IMG/VR virus record: IMGVR_UViG_3300020055_000013 | Source: an uncultured virus (IMG/VR IMGVR_UViG_3300020055_000013) | Taxonomy: Duplodnaviria > Heunggongvirae > Uroviricota > Caudoviricetes | Length of the DNA: 20,000 bases | Direction: 5' to 3' (one strand) | Shown here: positions 1-8,945 of the stretch, piece after piece | Numbering within the stretch: the first letter of the stretch is position 1 | How the letters are laid out: each line of letters begins with the position of its first letter | The notes under the pieces: model-generated | What the model was told of the DNA's origin: nothing | The model's database searches: none | What the model saw: the letters and a program-made list of their open reading frames with translations, nothing else | Position numbers and translations under genes: made by a program

Positions 1-2
1 CA

Positions 3-3000
3 TTAATCGCTACAATCGTCGGTACTAAGACTAGTAATAGATCCTTGAGAAACTTGATTATTAGAAGCGTCTAAAGTAGTCATTGTTACCGTAATATTGC
101 TCCAAGCGGTCTCATCAAACAGTCTTAATTGTAATCTTGGGGGATTGTGGGTGCTTCCGTAATAATAGTGATACACACTTAAGCCATTTGTTTGCAGCGC
201 CGAATTAGTATCGTCTGAATAAACGGGGCTAGTTCTAGAATAGGATATTAGAGTGCCATTACTGTCTGTACCCTGAACGTCAATTTTCATCGAGACAACA
301 GTGTTTGGTATATCTCCATTAACAATTCTCAAATCTAAAGCGCAAGGCGGATCATCTATGCTATAGTTCTCTATTTTTAATTCACCCTGAACACATGGAG
401 ATTGATCTACTAAGTCGAATGTAGTAGATGGAGGTATAAAGTTTCCACAATACATAGTGTTGGTAGACAGCCTAAATTCGTCTAAATGGAAACAGCTGGA
501 AACAACGTCAGACTGAAAATTAAATGTATAGCTACCTACAGCAAAGCCTATGTCATCAATAGTAAACGGCACGCTGTGGTAATCAGTAATTAAAGTAGCT
601 GATTCATCAAACTGTACGTCGGTGTTGTAAGAAAGTGTACCATCTAAATAAATAGATATATACTTTTGATCATTACTGTTGTTTAAGGAGCCATCCATGA
701 CTAATGCTATGTGATGCCAATCATTGTCACTAATAGATAATACGTTTTCATTATTTATGGAATAATTGCTATTAACATAGTAATTGCGGTAAGGGTTAAA
801 TGTGTCTGCGTTCTGATCTAGAGAAAGAAGGACATTGACACTAGAAGAAGAAACGAAATCCAAAGACATTCTTAAAACGTGCTGGTCTATCGCGTTAACA
901 TCTGTTCCGTATGTATCAAAAATAACAGGCTTATTAGTAGAAGTAAACTGAGAAATATTGGGAATTTTAATCCAGAATTCTATGGTCATTTTATTGTTGG
1001 AACCATCATAAGCTTCTATAGTAGAATTATTACTAAACCAAGGTTGTTCCACTGAATCTGCAACTCTAGAACTTAAAAATCTCATGTGTTTGTAGTTATA
1101 ATCAAATGCAATGTTATCATATATATCGGAGTCAACAGGGCATGTGTCTAAATCTGGACTGAAAGATCCATCTCCAAACTTAACATTATCGCCACCAAAA
1201 TATTCTTCTGGTATAGCTGGCTCATTGATATAGCCAACATGACACTGCACAGCCCTTCCGTAAGAAGAGGAATCTGGTGTAAGTATAGCATCGCTGTCTG
1301 GATCATCGTAAGCGTAATCCAAGTGTAATAAAAGTTCCGAATTTGGATCGTTACTAGCATAGGGTCCAGCGCCATTAAGGTTGACTGCCGCAATTCTAAC
1401 AAAATAATCTGAAGAAAGCTCAAGATCTGTTATCGTCTCGCTAGTTGAGGATATTTCATCATCGTGCAGTATCCAATCTTGAGTTCCAGATTTTCTGTAT
1501 TCTATCCTATAAGTAAGAGTGCCACACCCGCCATCATCCAGAGGAGCATCCCAAGAAACGTCAAGTATGGTTGATGACGGAGACTCATATTGATTTACAG
1601 ATAAACTTAAAGGAACAGATGGCACATCAGAAGTAATAATTTCTATAGGTGGAGATTGAGAATATTTACTCGTCTTGACTTTTAAAACAAAAGAATAAAC
1701 CAAACAACCGTCTGAAGTTAAGTTTAAATCATAACCGCTTGTTAAATTTTCCCACTCATTACTATTTGGCGTAAAAGTAAAGCTTTGAGATCCGCTGCTG
1801 GTAGAATAGGATAAGACGATTTCTGAAAGTGAACTGAGAGGACTGTTTAATTCCCAAGAAAAACTGAAGATCTCTCCACCTTCGTCATAAAAAACACTAT
1901 TAATCAAAGGAGGAGGTGGCGGTGGAGCGGTAGTGTAAGTTGTAGTTAATTCTGGATCTGGAGGTTCGGTTGTGCTTGTCGTTGTATTTTGTATGAAAAC
2001 AGTGTTGCTATAAGCTTCAGTTGGTGATGAAACAAAAATTCTATAAGTATTATTTCCTATAGTATCGTCATAAAAAACAATTTGCTTGTTTGATGATCCA
2101 GTCAGTGGTAATGATAGCCTTGATGTGCAGCTTTCTCCTAACAACTCTACGTAGTATTCAAAATCAGAATGATAATAAGTATCAATTATAGCAGTCAGTT
2201 TGATTTTGCCATCCTCAATTACGGCAGAAAGGTTTTCAATAAAGCTTATAGCATCTGGATGAGGAGTAGTTGTTGTAGACTCTAAATCATCTGGGTCATA
2301 ATACTCTTCAAGCGGAAGGCATATTATGTTATCCCCAAAAAGTTGTATACTTGTTGGCAAAGAATCACAACAAGGAGAGTCGTCATAACGACAAGCACTT
2401 TGAATTTCAAATATAATCGCGTTATCTTTAAGGTTTATTGGGGTTGGAATATTAAAGTCTATAGAAGGCTTGTCAATACTGTTTGTGTTTTTAATTCTTA
2501 TTTTAGCATCTTGTATGCCAATAATCTTGTGCGCTAAAATAGATCTAGAATTAAAATCTCTAACTGTAATAGATAAAGTATTTTCTATCTCTAACCTTCC
2601 GTAGCTATCAGAGTCTATGTAGATCGCAATAGAATTTACAAGTTCGTCTTGTTGTACAATATTTGTAATTGTTACGAATTTTTGCTCTTTAAAGAGTAAT
2701 ATATCACGACCGTGTAGTAAATCAACTGAATAATCACCACTATTTGTTTTTAGTAATACCTTCAGTCCATCATTCTTGTTCTTTAGACTTCCTTGTGGAA
2801 AAATAACTCTACCGCATGGACACTCTTGTAATCCACTCTTTTCTACTAATATGGGTTCGGGGGAATCAGTGGTTGTCGTCGTGGTAGTTGTTGTGGTGGT
2901 AGGTGTTTCGAAAATTAAGGCGTTGGAAGTCCTAGTAGTTCCGTCTGATAAAAACAGGGTTACATAAATCTCAAATTCATTATTTGGTATACTGAGAGAA

Positions 3001-3674
3001 GAAATAGAAATATCGAAAAATTGATTATCAACCCCAATAGGTAAATCGTGATCTTGAAAGCCAAATAATTCGCTACCGATAGCACTCCAAGAAATTCTTG
3101 CAGACAAAGCGTTGATGTTTTTAGCAGTGTTGTAAGAATAATAATATCTAGAGTAAAAACCGGCTAGTTCTGAGTGAGTGATTACAACAAACGTGGGATC
3201 TGGCGTTGTGGTAGTAGTGATTTGATCACCGACAGCTGGAACTGGAGTGGTAGAAATCAAAGGAGCTTGAGTAGTAGTAGTGGTAGTAGTGGTGGTTGTA
3301 GTTTGCTCTGGAGGAGTATCTGTAGTACTTGTTGTAGTAGTTGTTGTGGTTATGAAGTCTCCTTGGATATTGATAACCCCAACCATAAGTCCGTGTATCT
3401 GACATTGATAATACAATGAAGATGGAGCATCTCCGGGAACCTCAAAAACAATAGTTCCATTGCTAGTTCCGTTGTTTGTGACCCCTTTGTTATATGTATT
3501 TCCAGTGCCAACTCCGGGGTCAGTTTTTATCCAAAATGGATGCCCCGGAGAAGTAATATAGAAAGTTACAATATCACCACGGTTAAAAGTTAAAGATGGA
3601 TTGTTTCCAGCGATGCCCACAAATTTATAGGCAACAAAGCCGTCATTGGAAACGTAGTAACTATAATTAGCCAT
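3..3674 (-). CDS. Modular virion fibre/adhesin (1223 aa): cupredoxin-like N-domain, mucin-like linkers, FN3 and LamG/concanavalin A-like domain
   Basis: Cupredoxin NPSLTFNRGD..F....GHPFWI...VPGDAPSSLYYQCQIHGLMVGVI (aa 1-105). FN3 VPSVPLSL...VSWDAPLDDGG....YRIEYR...ITDLELSSDYFVRIAAVNLNGAGPY (~1630-1355). LamG LLLHLD...DSSSY...KFGDGS...TIEFWIK...WHHIALV...IYLDG...LDEFRLS...NFIPPS (~1340-420). Confidence 0.78.
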   Translation of the reverse strand: MANYSYYVSNDGFVAYKFVGIAGNNPSLTFNRGDIVTFYITSPGHPFWIKTDPGVGTGNTYNKGVTNNGTSNGTIVFEVPGDAPSSLYYQCQIHGLMVGVINIQGDFITTTTTTTSTTDTPPEQTTTTTTTTTTTQAPLISTTPVPAVGDQITTTTTPDPTFVVITHSELAGFYSRYYYSYNTAKNINALSARISWSAIGSELFGFQDHDLPIGVDNQFFDISISSLSIPNNEFEIYVTLFLSDGTTRTSNALIFETPTTTTTTTTTTTDSPEPILVEKSGLQECPCGRVIFPQGSLKNKNDGLKVLLKTNSGDYSVDLLHGRDILLFKEQKFVTITNIVQQDELVNSIAIYIDSDSYGRLEIENTLSITVRDFNSRSILAHKIIGIQDAKIRIKNTNSIDKPSIDFNIPTPINLKDNAIIFEIQSACRYDDSPCCDSLPTSIQLFGDNIICLPLEEYYDPDDLESTTTTPHPDAISFIENLSAVIEDGKIKLTAIIDTYYHSDFEYYVELLGESCTSRLSLPLTGSSNKQIVFYDDTIGNNTYRIFVSSPTEAYSNTVFIQNTTTSTTEPPDPELTTTYTTAPPPPPPLINSVFYDEGGEIFSFSWELNSPLSSLSEIVLSYSTSSGSQSFTFTPNSNEWENLTSGYDLNLTSDGCLVYSFVLKVKTSKYSQSPPIEIITSDVPSVPLSLSVNQYESPSSTILDVSWDAPLDDGGCGTLTYRIEYRKSGTQDWILHDDEISSTSETITDLELSSDYFVRIAAVNLNGAGPYASNDPNSELLLHLDYAYDDPDSDAILTPDSSSYGRAVQCHVGYINEPAIPEEYFGGDNVKFGDGSFSPDLDTCPVDSDIYDNIAFDYNYKHMRFLSSRVADSVEQPWFSNNSTIEAYDGSNNKMTIEFWIKIPNISQFTSTNKPVIFDTYGTDVNAIDQHVLRMSLDFVSSSSVNVLLSLDQNADTFNPYRNYYVNSNYSINNENVLSISDNDWHHIALVMDGSLNNSNDQKYISIYLDGTLSYNTDVQFDESATLITDYHSVPFTIDDIGFAVGSYTFNFQSDVVSSCFHLDEFRLSTNTMYCGNFIPPSTTFDLVDQSPCVQGELKIENYSIDDPPCALDLRIVNGDIPNTVVSMKIDVQGTDSNGTLISYSRTSPVYSDDTNSALQTNGLSVYHYYYGSTHNPPRLQLRLFDETAWSNITVTMTTLDASNNQVSQGSITSLSTDDCSD
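3195..3350 (-). repeat. Longest ACN-codon (poly-Thr) low-complexity tract, one of about 12 in 1900-8840
   Basis: Imperfect (gtN)n runs on the plus strand encode TTTTTTTTSTTDTPPEQTTTTTTTTTTTQAP...ITTTTTPDP with mixed ACT/ACA/ACC codons. Confidence 0.9.
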
Positions 3675-3683
3675 ATTAAACTC

Positions 3684-6527
3684 TTATGGTAGCGGATTTT
3701 GTGAAGATGGACATGGAACAACGTCTATGATTGTATTATGTATAGTTTCTTGACAAGAACCTGTATTATCCTTTGGCAAGCAAGGGGCTACTGGATCAAA
3801 AACTGATGGATTACAATCAGATAAATAAATGTCAGATAGCGAAGAAGAAGATCCGTTGTGAGATTGTATTATCTGTAGCTGTTGAGATTGAGAAAGTCCA
3901 CAGCAAGAATTAAGTATAACTTCTTGATAGCTATTAGATGTTGGTTCGCAGGAATCGCTTCCAGAATCAGAGCAATCAAGAATCTGGCTACATATAACAT
4001 AGATAACATTGTCACATGGAACGGGCGGTTGTGTGGTTGTAGTTGTAGTTGTTGCGTCAGGCTCGTTATAAGTTTTAATTGGCTCAGATTCGCTACCTAA
4101 CTTGAGTAAAATTTCACCTCCAGCAACTGGAACATTTACGGGTACAAAAATATGTCCAATTAAATTTGGATTACTTCCATAACTTATGCCCCTTGTGACA
4201 CGAACGGTATATTCATTTGTATTAGAGGGTCTGGGATATGGTAAGTTAGTCATGCCGGGTACTGATTCAGAAACTATAGCAGTAACTGTTGGCCTATCAT
4301 ACCAAGTGTAGTATGGACTAGCAGTATCAGCTTGATCTAGTCTGTACTCATAACCCGGAGATGTATGCCAAGTAAAAATAAAACCATCCTCAATAGATGA
4401 ATTTCCTGAGAAATTATTAGCCCAACCGGCTCTTAGCTGCTTTGTAATTACATATTCATCTAAGTAAACATTTTGAATATTGTTATCTATTTTTACTTTT
4501 ACGGGATATCTGGGTGGAGGCGGCGGGGGAGGAGTTGTTGTAACATTTGCGCCATCGATGGTAACTAAAGCAACGCCTCCATCCGTTGGCATTTCAAGCA
4601 ATCTTATCTCTATAGAAGCGCTACTGAAAGAAGAATTATTTATTTGTCCAGTAATATATTCTGAATCACTTTTGATAGAAACTCCTGATAGTCCTACTGA
4701 TGGAATATTTGAAGTAAGAGATAGGATTCTGGCATAATCTTCTGGAGTTTGAGTCGCAATGCTAGAAAATTTGAAAGAAGTAAGTTCATCAGAATTAAGT
4801 CTAATTGTTGAATTAGGAACATTATTTTTCACAAACACTATAAAATCAAATTCTGGTGGAGGAGTTGTAGTTGGAGGACCAGCGGTAAGCGTCACGCATA
4901 TTTTATCTTCTCTTTCACTTCTTATCATACCCTTTTTGAAATACAATACAGCATAAATATTATCTATAAGTGGATTACCTTCTTCGTCAACAGAGTTGGG
5001 GTTTTCTACGTTGAAGGTAAAGTTGTAAAATCTATTTTCTTGGAAGTAGTTATAGAAAGAACTAGTTGAAGCTGAATGGTTTAGCCAAGTAATGTGTGGC
5101 TGACTAGACCAAGATGCCAAATCTTCTATATGCTGAGTAGGCTCGCTTTGATATTCTCCACTATTTTGAACCAAAAACAATCTGCCATGATCAAGAAGGC
5201 TAGAGTAAGCTAGATAGTTATCTTCTAGACTCGTATTAACAGTAGCATAAAATTGACCCCCTTGATTGATTTGCATCCACAAAGCATTTACATCTGAGTG
5301 CTTGCCACCTAAACAGCCAATAGCTGGAACCTCGGCAGTACCGTGACCAGTAAAGCTCCATTCCTCAAATGGTAAGATGACTCCAGTGGGCGCAAAGTTT
5401 CCCCATACACCCTTAACTGTCTGGCCGTTAACACGGTAGGAATAAGCTGGATAAGTTCCGTCTTTAGGAAGAGTAACTGGCTTGTTGCATTCTACTAGAT
5501 TTATTTTAACATTTTCAACAACCCTTCTGAATCGTTCGTTTCTAAAATAATCTTCTGCAATAATATTAACACTTAGCTCCTGTGGCTCATCTATATACTT
5601 AGTTAGGTAAAGTTCAGTATTTACTAGATCAAATTTGTCAGCGTCTGGACCATCTAGGAAAAGCTTTTGGGGGCCGCAAGTGTTTAAAAGATTAACGTCA
5701 AAAACTTTGAGATAAATATCATCATACTGAGGAGCTTGAGTGGTCGTGGTTGTGGTCGTTACAACATCGTCTGAAGGAACATCTGTTAACCAAAAAATTT
5801 GAGAATCTTCTGTAACAGATCCTATTTGTGAAATATGTCCCTTAAATCCAGTATCTAAAGCAGAGTTGTCTAAGGTGAAAGTTTTCGGTATTCCAAAGGA
5901 CATGCTATCGTCAGTAATTACAGAAGAATATCGAATTTCTTCAGCGTCCGTAAATATAACATTATCTCCAATATTGGAAAATGGAGAAAGATCTATAAGA
6001 CCTGAAACAATATTTTCATCAGACTCATTCCACTTAAATGAAAATTCAGAATCAAGAAAACTAAAAGATCTTTTACTGGGAATAGAGTGTAGCAAATGAA
6101 ACCATTCTCCAGTAAAGAATCCGCTACCCTTATAATGAACTCTGTTTAAAATATGAAGTTGAACTGAGTCTGGCATTTTAGAGCCAGACAGAGCATTATA
6201 AGACGGAATTAAGACATAGAGATCATAATCATCAAGACCATTTAATCCTTCTTTATACCAAGGGTGAATCAGGGTTGCATTAAAATATCCCATGCTTTGA
6301 AATAAAGAGTGGAGCTTATTGTCAAAAGTGCTATATCCATTTGAGAAAATTGCTATTGACCTAGAAGCCCCAGCATTCCTGCAAGCCCATAAGCAAGAAT
6401 TTAGGAAAAGTCTTACAAAAAAATCTGTATTTACTTCTGATAGATTTTCTAGATTAATAGCCTTGGTCATAGAGGCGACTCGACCGTTGCCATACTGTCT
6501 GCCAGCTACACCTATTGTTTGAGCCAT
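3684..6527 (-). CDS. Modular virion protein (947 aa): ThuA/GATase-like N-domain, cadherin-like domain, repeated beta domains, Cys-rich C-terminus and Thr/Pro linkers
   Basis: Long ORF abutting the upstream stop (TAA-ATG). Contains LDDYDLYVL...QLHILNRV..GSGFFTGEW, cadherin-like LKVFDVN..LDGPDADKFDLVNTELYL, four Thr/Pro linkers and 10 Cys in the last ~110 aa. The ORF itself is secure; the domain calls are by eye. Confidence 0.65.
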   Translation of the reverse strand: MAQTIGVAGRQYGNGRVASMTKAINLENLSEVNTDFFVRLFLNSCLWACRNAGASRSIAIFSNGYSTFDNKLHSLFQSMGYFNATLIHPWYKEGLNGLDDYDLYVLIPSYNALSGSKMPDSVQLHILNRVHYKGSGFFTGEWFHLLHSIPSKRSFSFLDSEFSFKWNESDENIVSGLIDLSPFSNIGDNVIFTDAEEIRYSSVITDDSMSFGIPKTFTLDNSALDTGFKGHISQIGSVTEDSQIFWLTDVPSDDVVTTTTTTTQAPQYDDIYLKVFDVNLLNTCGPQKLFLDGPDADKFDLVNTELYLTKYIDEPQELSVNIIAEDYFRNERFRRVVENVKINLVECNKPVTLPKDGTYPAYSYRVNGQTVKGVWGNFAPTGVILPFEEWSFTGHGTAEVPAIGCLGGKHSDVNALWMQINQGGQFYATVNTSLEDNYLAYSSLLDHGRLFLVQNSGEYQSEPTQHIEDLASWSSQPHITWLNHSASTSSFYNYFQENRFYNFTFNVENPNSVDEEGNPLIDNIYAVLYFKKGMIRSEREDKICVTLTAGPPTTTPPPEFDFIVFVKNNVPNSTIRLNSDELTSFKFSSIATQTPEDYARILSLTSNIPSVGLSGVSIKSDSEYITGQINNSSFSSASIEIRLLEMPTDGGVALVTIDGANVTTTPPPPPPPRYPVKVKIDNNIQNVYLDEYVITKQLRAGWANNFSGNSSIEDGFIFTWHTSPGYEYRLDQADTASPYYTWYDRPTVTAIVSESVPGMTNLPYPRPSNTNEYTVRVTRGISYGSNPNLIGHIFVPVNVPVAGGEILLKLGSESEPIKTYNEPDATTTTTTTQPPVPCDNVIYVICSQILDCSDSGSDSCEPTSNSYQEVILNSCCGLSQSQQLQIIQSHNGSSSSLSDIYLSDCNPSVFDPVAPCLPKDNTGSCQETIHNTIIDVVPCPSSQNPLP

Positions 6528-8933
6528 TTATACACCTACTATATTTTCTCTTGTTCCAAAGTCTAACATGTAGTGATAAGTTTTATTGCTATTGATGGTT
6601 GTAAAACTTCCGACATATCTAAAGTTAAATTTGTTAACAACACTGGAAGATAGCAGTGTTCTTTGAGAGCCATTAAACTCAAGAACTTCTATGACCATAA
6701 AGCCATCTATATCGTCATCTCCGTCGCCAAATTGATTAAAGTTTGTTACAGAACAAATATAGTCAAAGGATATTCTCATTTCTACATATCGTACACCAGC
6801 ATCATCTTGTTCCACAAAGAAAGAACGAACAGTGTCAATGCTATTGTTTTGAGGTTCTGGATAAAATAAAAAGTAATTTGTGTTTCTAAATTCGGCTCCG
6901 GTTTGTGGATCTAGAAGGCGTAAGTTATAATTGCTCGGAAGAGAGTCTACGTATTCTTCGTGCGTGTCTATAGACCGTGGCAGTTCAAAGTAAATACCGT
7001 TATACCAAGGCTCTCCAGCCTTATTGACCGTTTCACTTATAGACCCTGCGATACTAGCTGGAAATTGAGAATTAGATACAAAAATCTGCAATGGATTCAG
7101 TAATGCTTCAGAGTCTGAAGGCTTGGAATAGGTGTTATCTTCATTGAGAACAAATTCAGCAGTATGATATAGTTTTTCACAAAACGGTATGATTGGCTGA
7201 TCTGTAGTAGTTGTTGTAGTAGTAGTTGGTGTTACACCACTAATGTTTATATAGGTAAGGGCATTTGTTAGCGGCCTGTCAGGCATAATGAAAGGTATAC
7301 CAAGATAAATTTTAGAATTATCTGCATCTTTGTTTACAGATATTTCATCATAAAGAACACTTGAAGCACCATCTCCAAAAATATCTATAAATGGATCTTC
7401 ATAAAATACATATCCTTCTGTTGCCGTTATTGTTGCGTTTGCGGTTTTTCTACTGCCAGCATTGCCGTTTAAAGTAATGGCAGCTGGTTCAATTGTTCCG
7501 AACCCGATAGACCCATCAAAAGACATGGAGAAAGATAATGAATCTGGCGATAAAGTTGTAGTAGTTGTAGTTGTAGTAACAGTAGTTGCTGAAGCTGAAG
7601 ACGGAATGCTATCGCCTGCGCTATTAGAGGCAATAACTTCTATTTTGTAGGTGGTTTGGTTTTCTAAACTTAATAATGAATACACTTTTGTTACAAATAA
7701 ATCTGAACCAATATTGACCGCAACCTCTTCTACAGACTCAGCTGAAATAGTGATAGAATTAAGTAGTGTGTTTGATATGTCTAAAATCCTAAAAGTATAT
7801 GAAGAAATTGGAGAAGATCCAAAATCAGTAGGATCATTCCAACGTAATGTAATTTTTTGAAATTCACCTGTTGCTGAAAGATTTTCTACTGGACTAGGCG
7901 GGGTTGGTGGTAGCGTTGTCGTGGTTGTGGGGGCGGGCGTTGTTACTGGAATATAACCAATCAAACAAAATCCCTTTCCACCACGACCCCCATTGCCAGC
8001 GCCACCGCCACCAAGGCCGTCTATGCCATCTTTATATATTGTGCCACCTCCACCGCCTAAGCTTCTATTTAATACTAATCCACCAAAATCGTCTCCAGCA
8101 CCTCCACCGCCGTAGTGCTTGTAAGATTTGTAATCAAAAGTAATAGCAGCTCCATTTCCACCAGAACCTGCGGAGCGTAAGATAGAATTATCGTCGTTAA
8201 ATGGTGCGTTTTTTCCATCTTCGCCAGCGCCTCCACCTCCACCTCCACCGTAGTTTGATGATGAAGATCCACCGTTGTATCCGCCGAGACCTAATCCTCC
8301 AGAGCTATCGCTGCGACCACCAGCGCCGCCACCATTAGCTCCATCATGAGCATTAGATTCAAACGGTGTGCCACCAGCGCCTCCACCAATAGATCTTATT
8401 CCTATCTCTTTTATTGAAGTCTCTTCTCCGTCTGCGCCTGATTGTCCACCTTTTCCAATTTTTATGCTGTAAGCACCTTTTGGAAAATTGAAAGAACTAC
8501 GCTTAACACCACCACCGCCGCCGCCACCGCCGCCGTCAAATGGTCCACCGCCACCGCCGCCACCAACCATTAAGAATTCTATTTTGGCGTATTCGAAATT
8601 TTCATCAGAATAAGGAGATATATAGAATATTCCATCATTAAAAAACTGATGAAATATCATATTGCCACTAGAAAACTGTTGATCGCCACCAAAAGCGTCA
8701 AAATACATGGGTGGCAATGTAGTACCAAATGAAGGGCATCCAATATGAGACCCGGAATCTGGTATAACTATTTCATCAAATAGAAATTGTGGAGGTAATG
8801 TTGTTTGAGTTGTCGTGGAGGTAGTTGTTGTCGTGAATACAGACGTATAGGCATCATTCTGCGGAGCAGATCTTATTCTTCTAGATCTTTGATCAGACCT
8901 AAAACATCCGGTTGGTTCGCATTCGTGAGACAT
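6528..8933 (-). CDS. Modular virion fibre/adhesin (801 aa): glycine-rich domain, fibronectin type III domain, further beta domains and poly-Thr linkers
   Basis: Gly-rich domain EFLMVGGGGGGG...GGGGGGGGGV...GGKGFCLIGY (~8590-7950). FN3 PSPVENLSA..ITLRWNDPTDFGSSPISSY...LENQTTYKIEVIASNSAGDS (~7900-7590). Four Thr tracts. SD TAAGGA upstream. Confidence 0.75.
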   Translation of the reverse strand: MSHECEPTGCFRSDQRSRRIRSAPQNDAYTSVFTTTTTSTTTQTTLPPQFLFDEIVIPDSGSHIGCPSFGTTLPPMYFDAFGGDQQFSSGNMIFHQFFNDGIFYISPYSDENFEYAKIEFLMVGGGGGGGPFDGGGGGGGGGVKRSSFNFPKGAYSIKIGKGGQSGADGEETSIKEIGIRSIGGGAGGTPFESNAHDGANGGGAGGRSDSSGGLGLGGYNGGSSSSNYGGGGGGGAGEDGKNAPFNDDNSILRSAGSGGNGAAITFDYKSYKHYGGGGAGDDFGGLVLNRSLGGGGGTIYKDGIDGLGGGGAGNGGRGGKGFCLIGYIPVTTPAPTTTTTLPPTPPSPVENLSATGEFQKITLRWNDPTDFGSSPISSYTFRILDISNTLLNSITISAESVEEVAVNIGSDLFVTKVYSLLSLENQTTYKIEVIASNSAGDSIPSSASATTVTTTTTTTTLSPDSLSFSMSFDGSIGFGTIEPAAITLNGNAGSRKTANATITATEGYVFYEDPFIDIFGDGASSVLYDEISVNKDADNSKIYLGIPFIMPDRPLTNALTYINISGVTPTTTTTTTTDQPIIPFCEKLYHTAEFVLNEDNTYSKPSDSEALLNPLQIFVSNSQFPASIAGSISETVNKAGEPWYNGIYFELPRSIDTHEEYVDSLPSNYNLRLLDPQTGAEFRNTNYFLFYPEPQNNSIDTVRSFFVEQDDAGVRYVEMRISFDYICSVTNFNQFGDGDDDIDGFMVIEVLEFNGSQRTLLSSSVVNKFNFRYVGSFTTINSNKTYHYMLDFGTRENIVGV

Positions 8934-8945
8934 GTATATTCCTTA

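Noticed and set aside
2868..3350. (GTN)n runs as microsatellite, contingency locus or CRISPR
   Set aside because: They are imperfect trinucleotide runs with varied third positions that encode Thr in frame. There is no repeat-spacer structure.
3360..3674. Plastocyanin (petE) auxiliary metabolic gene
   Set aside because: The domain is fused to a 1223-aa structural protein, has no export signal, and has a C-x2-H-x2-M loop rather than C-x2-H-x4-M.
3..8933. Eukaryotic mucin or secreted bacterial surface-protein origin
   Set aside because: There are no introns, signal peptides or anchors. The genes are tightly coupled in an operon following phage head genes that carry Shine-Dalgarno sites.
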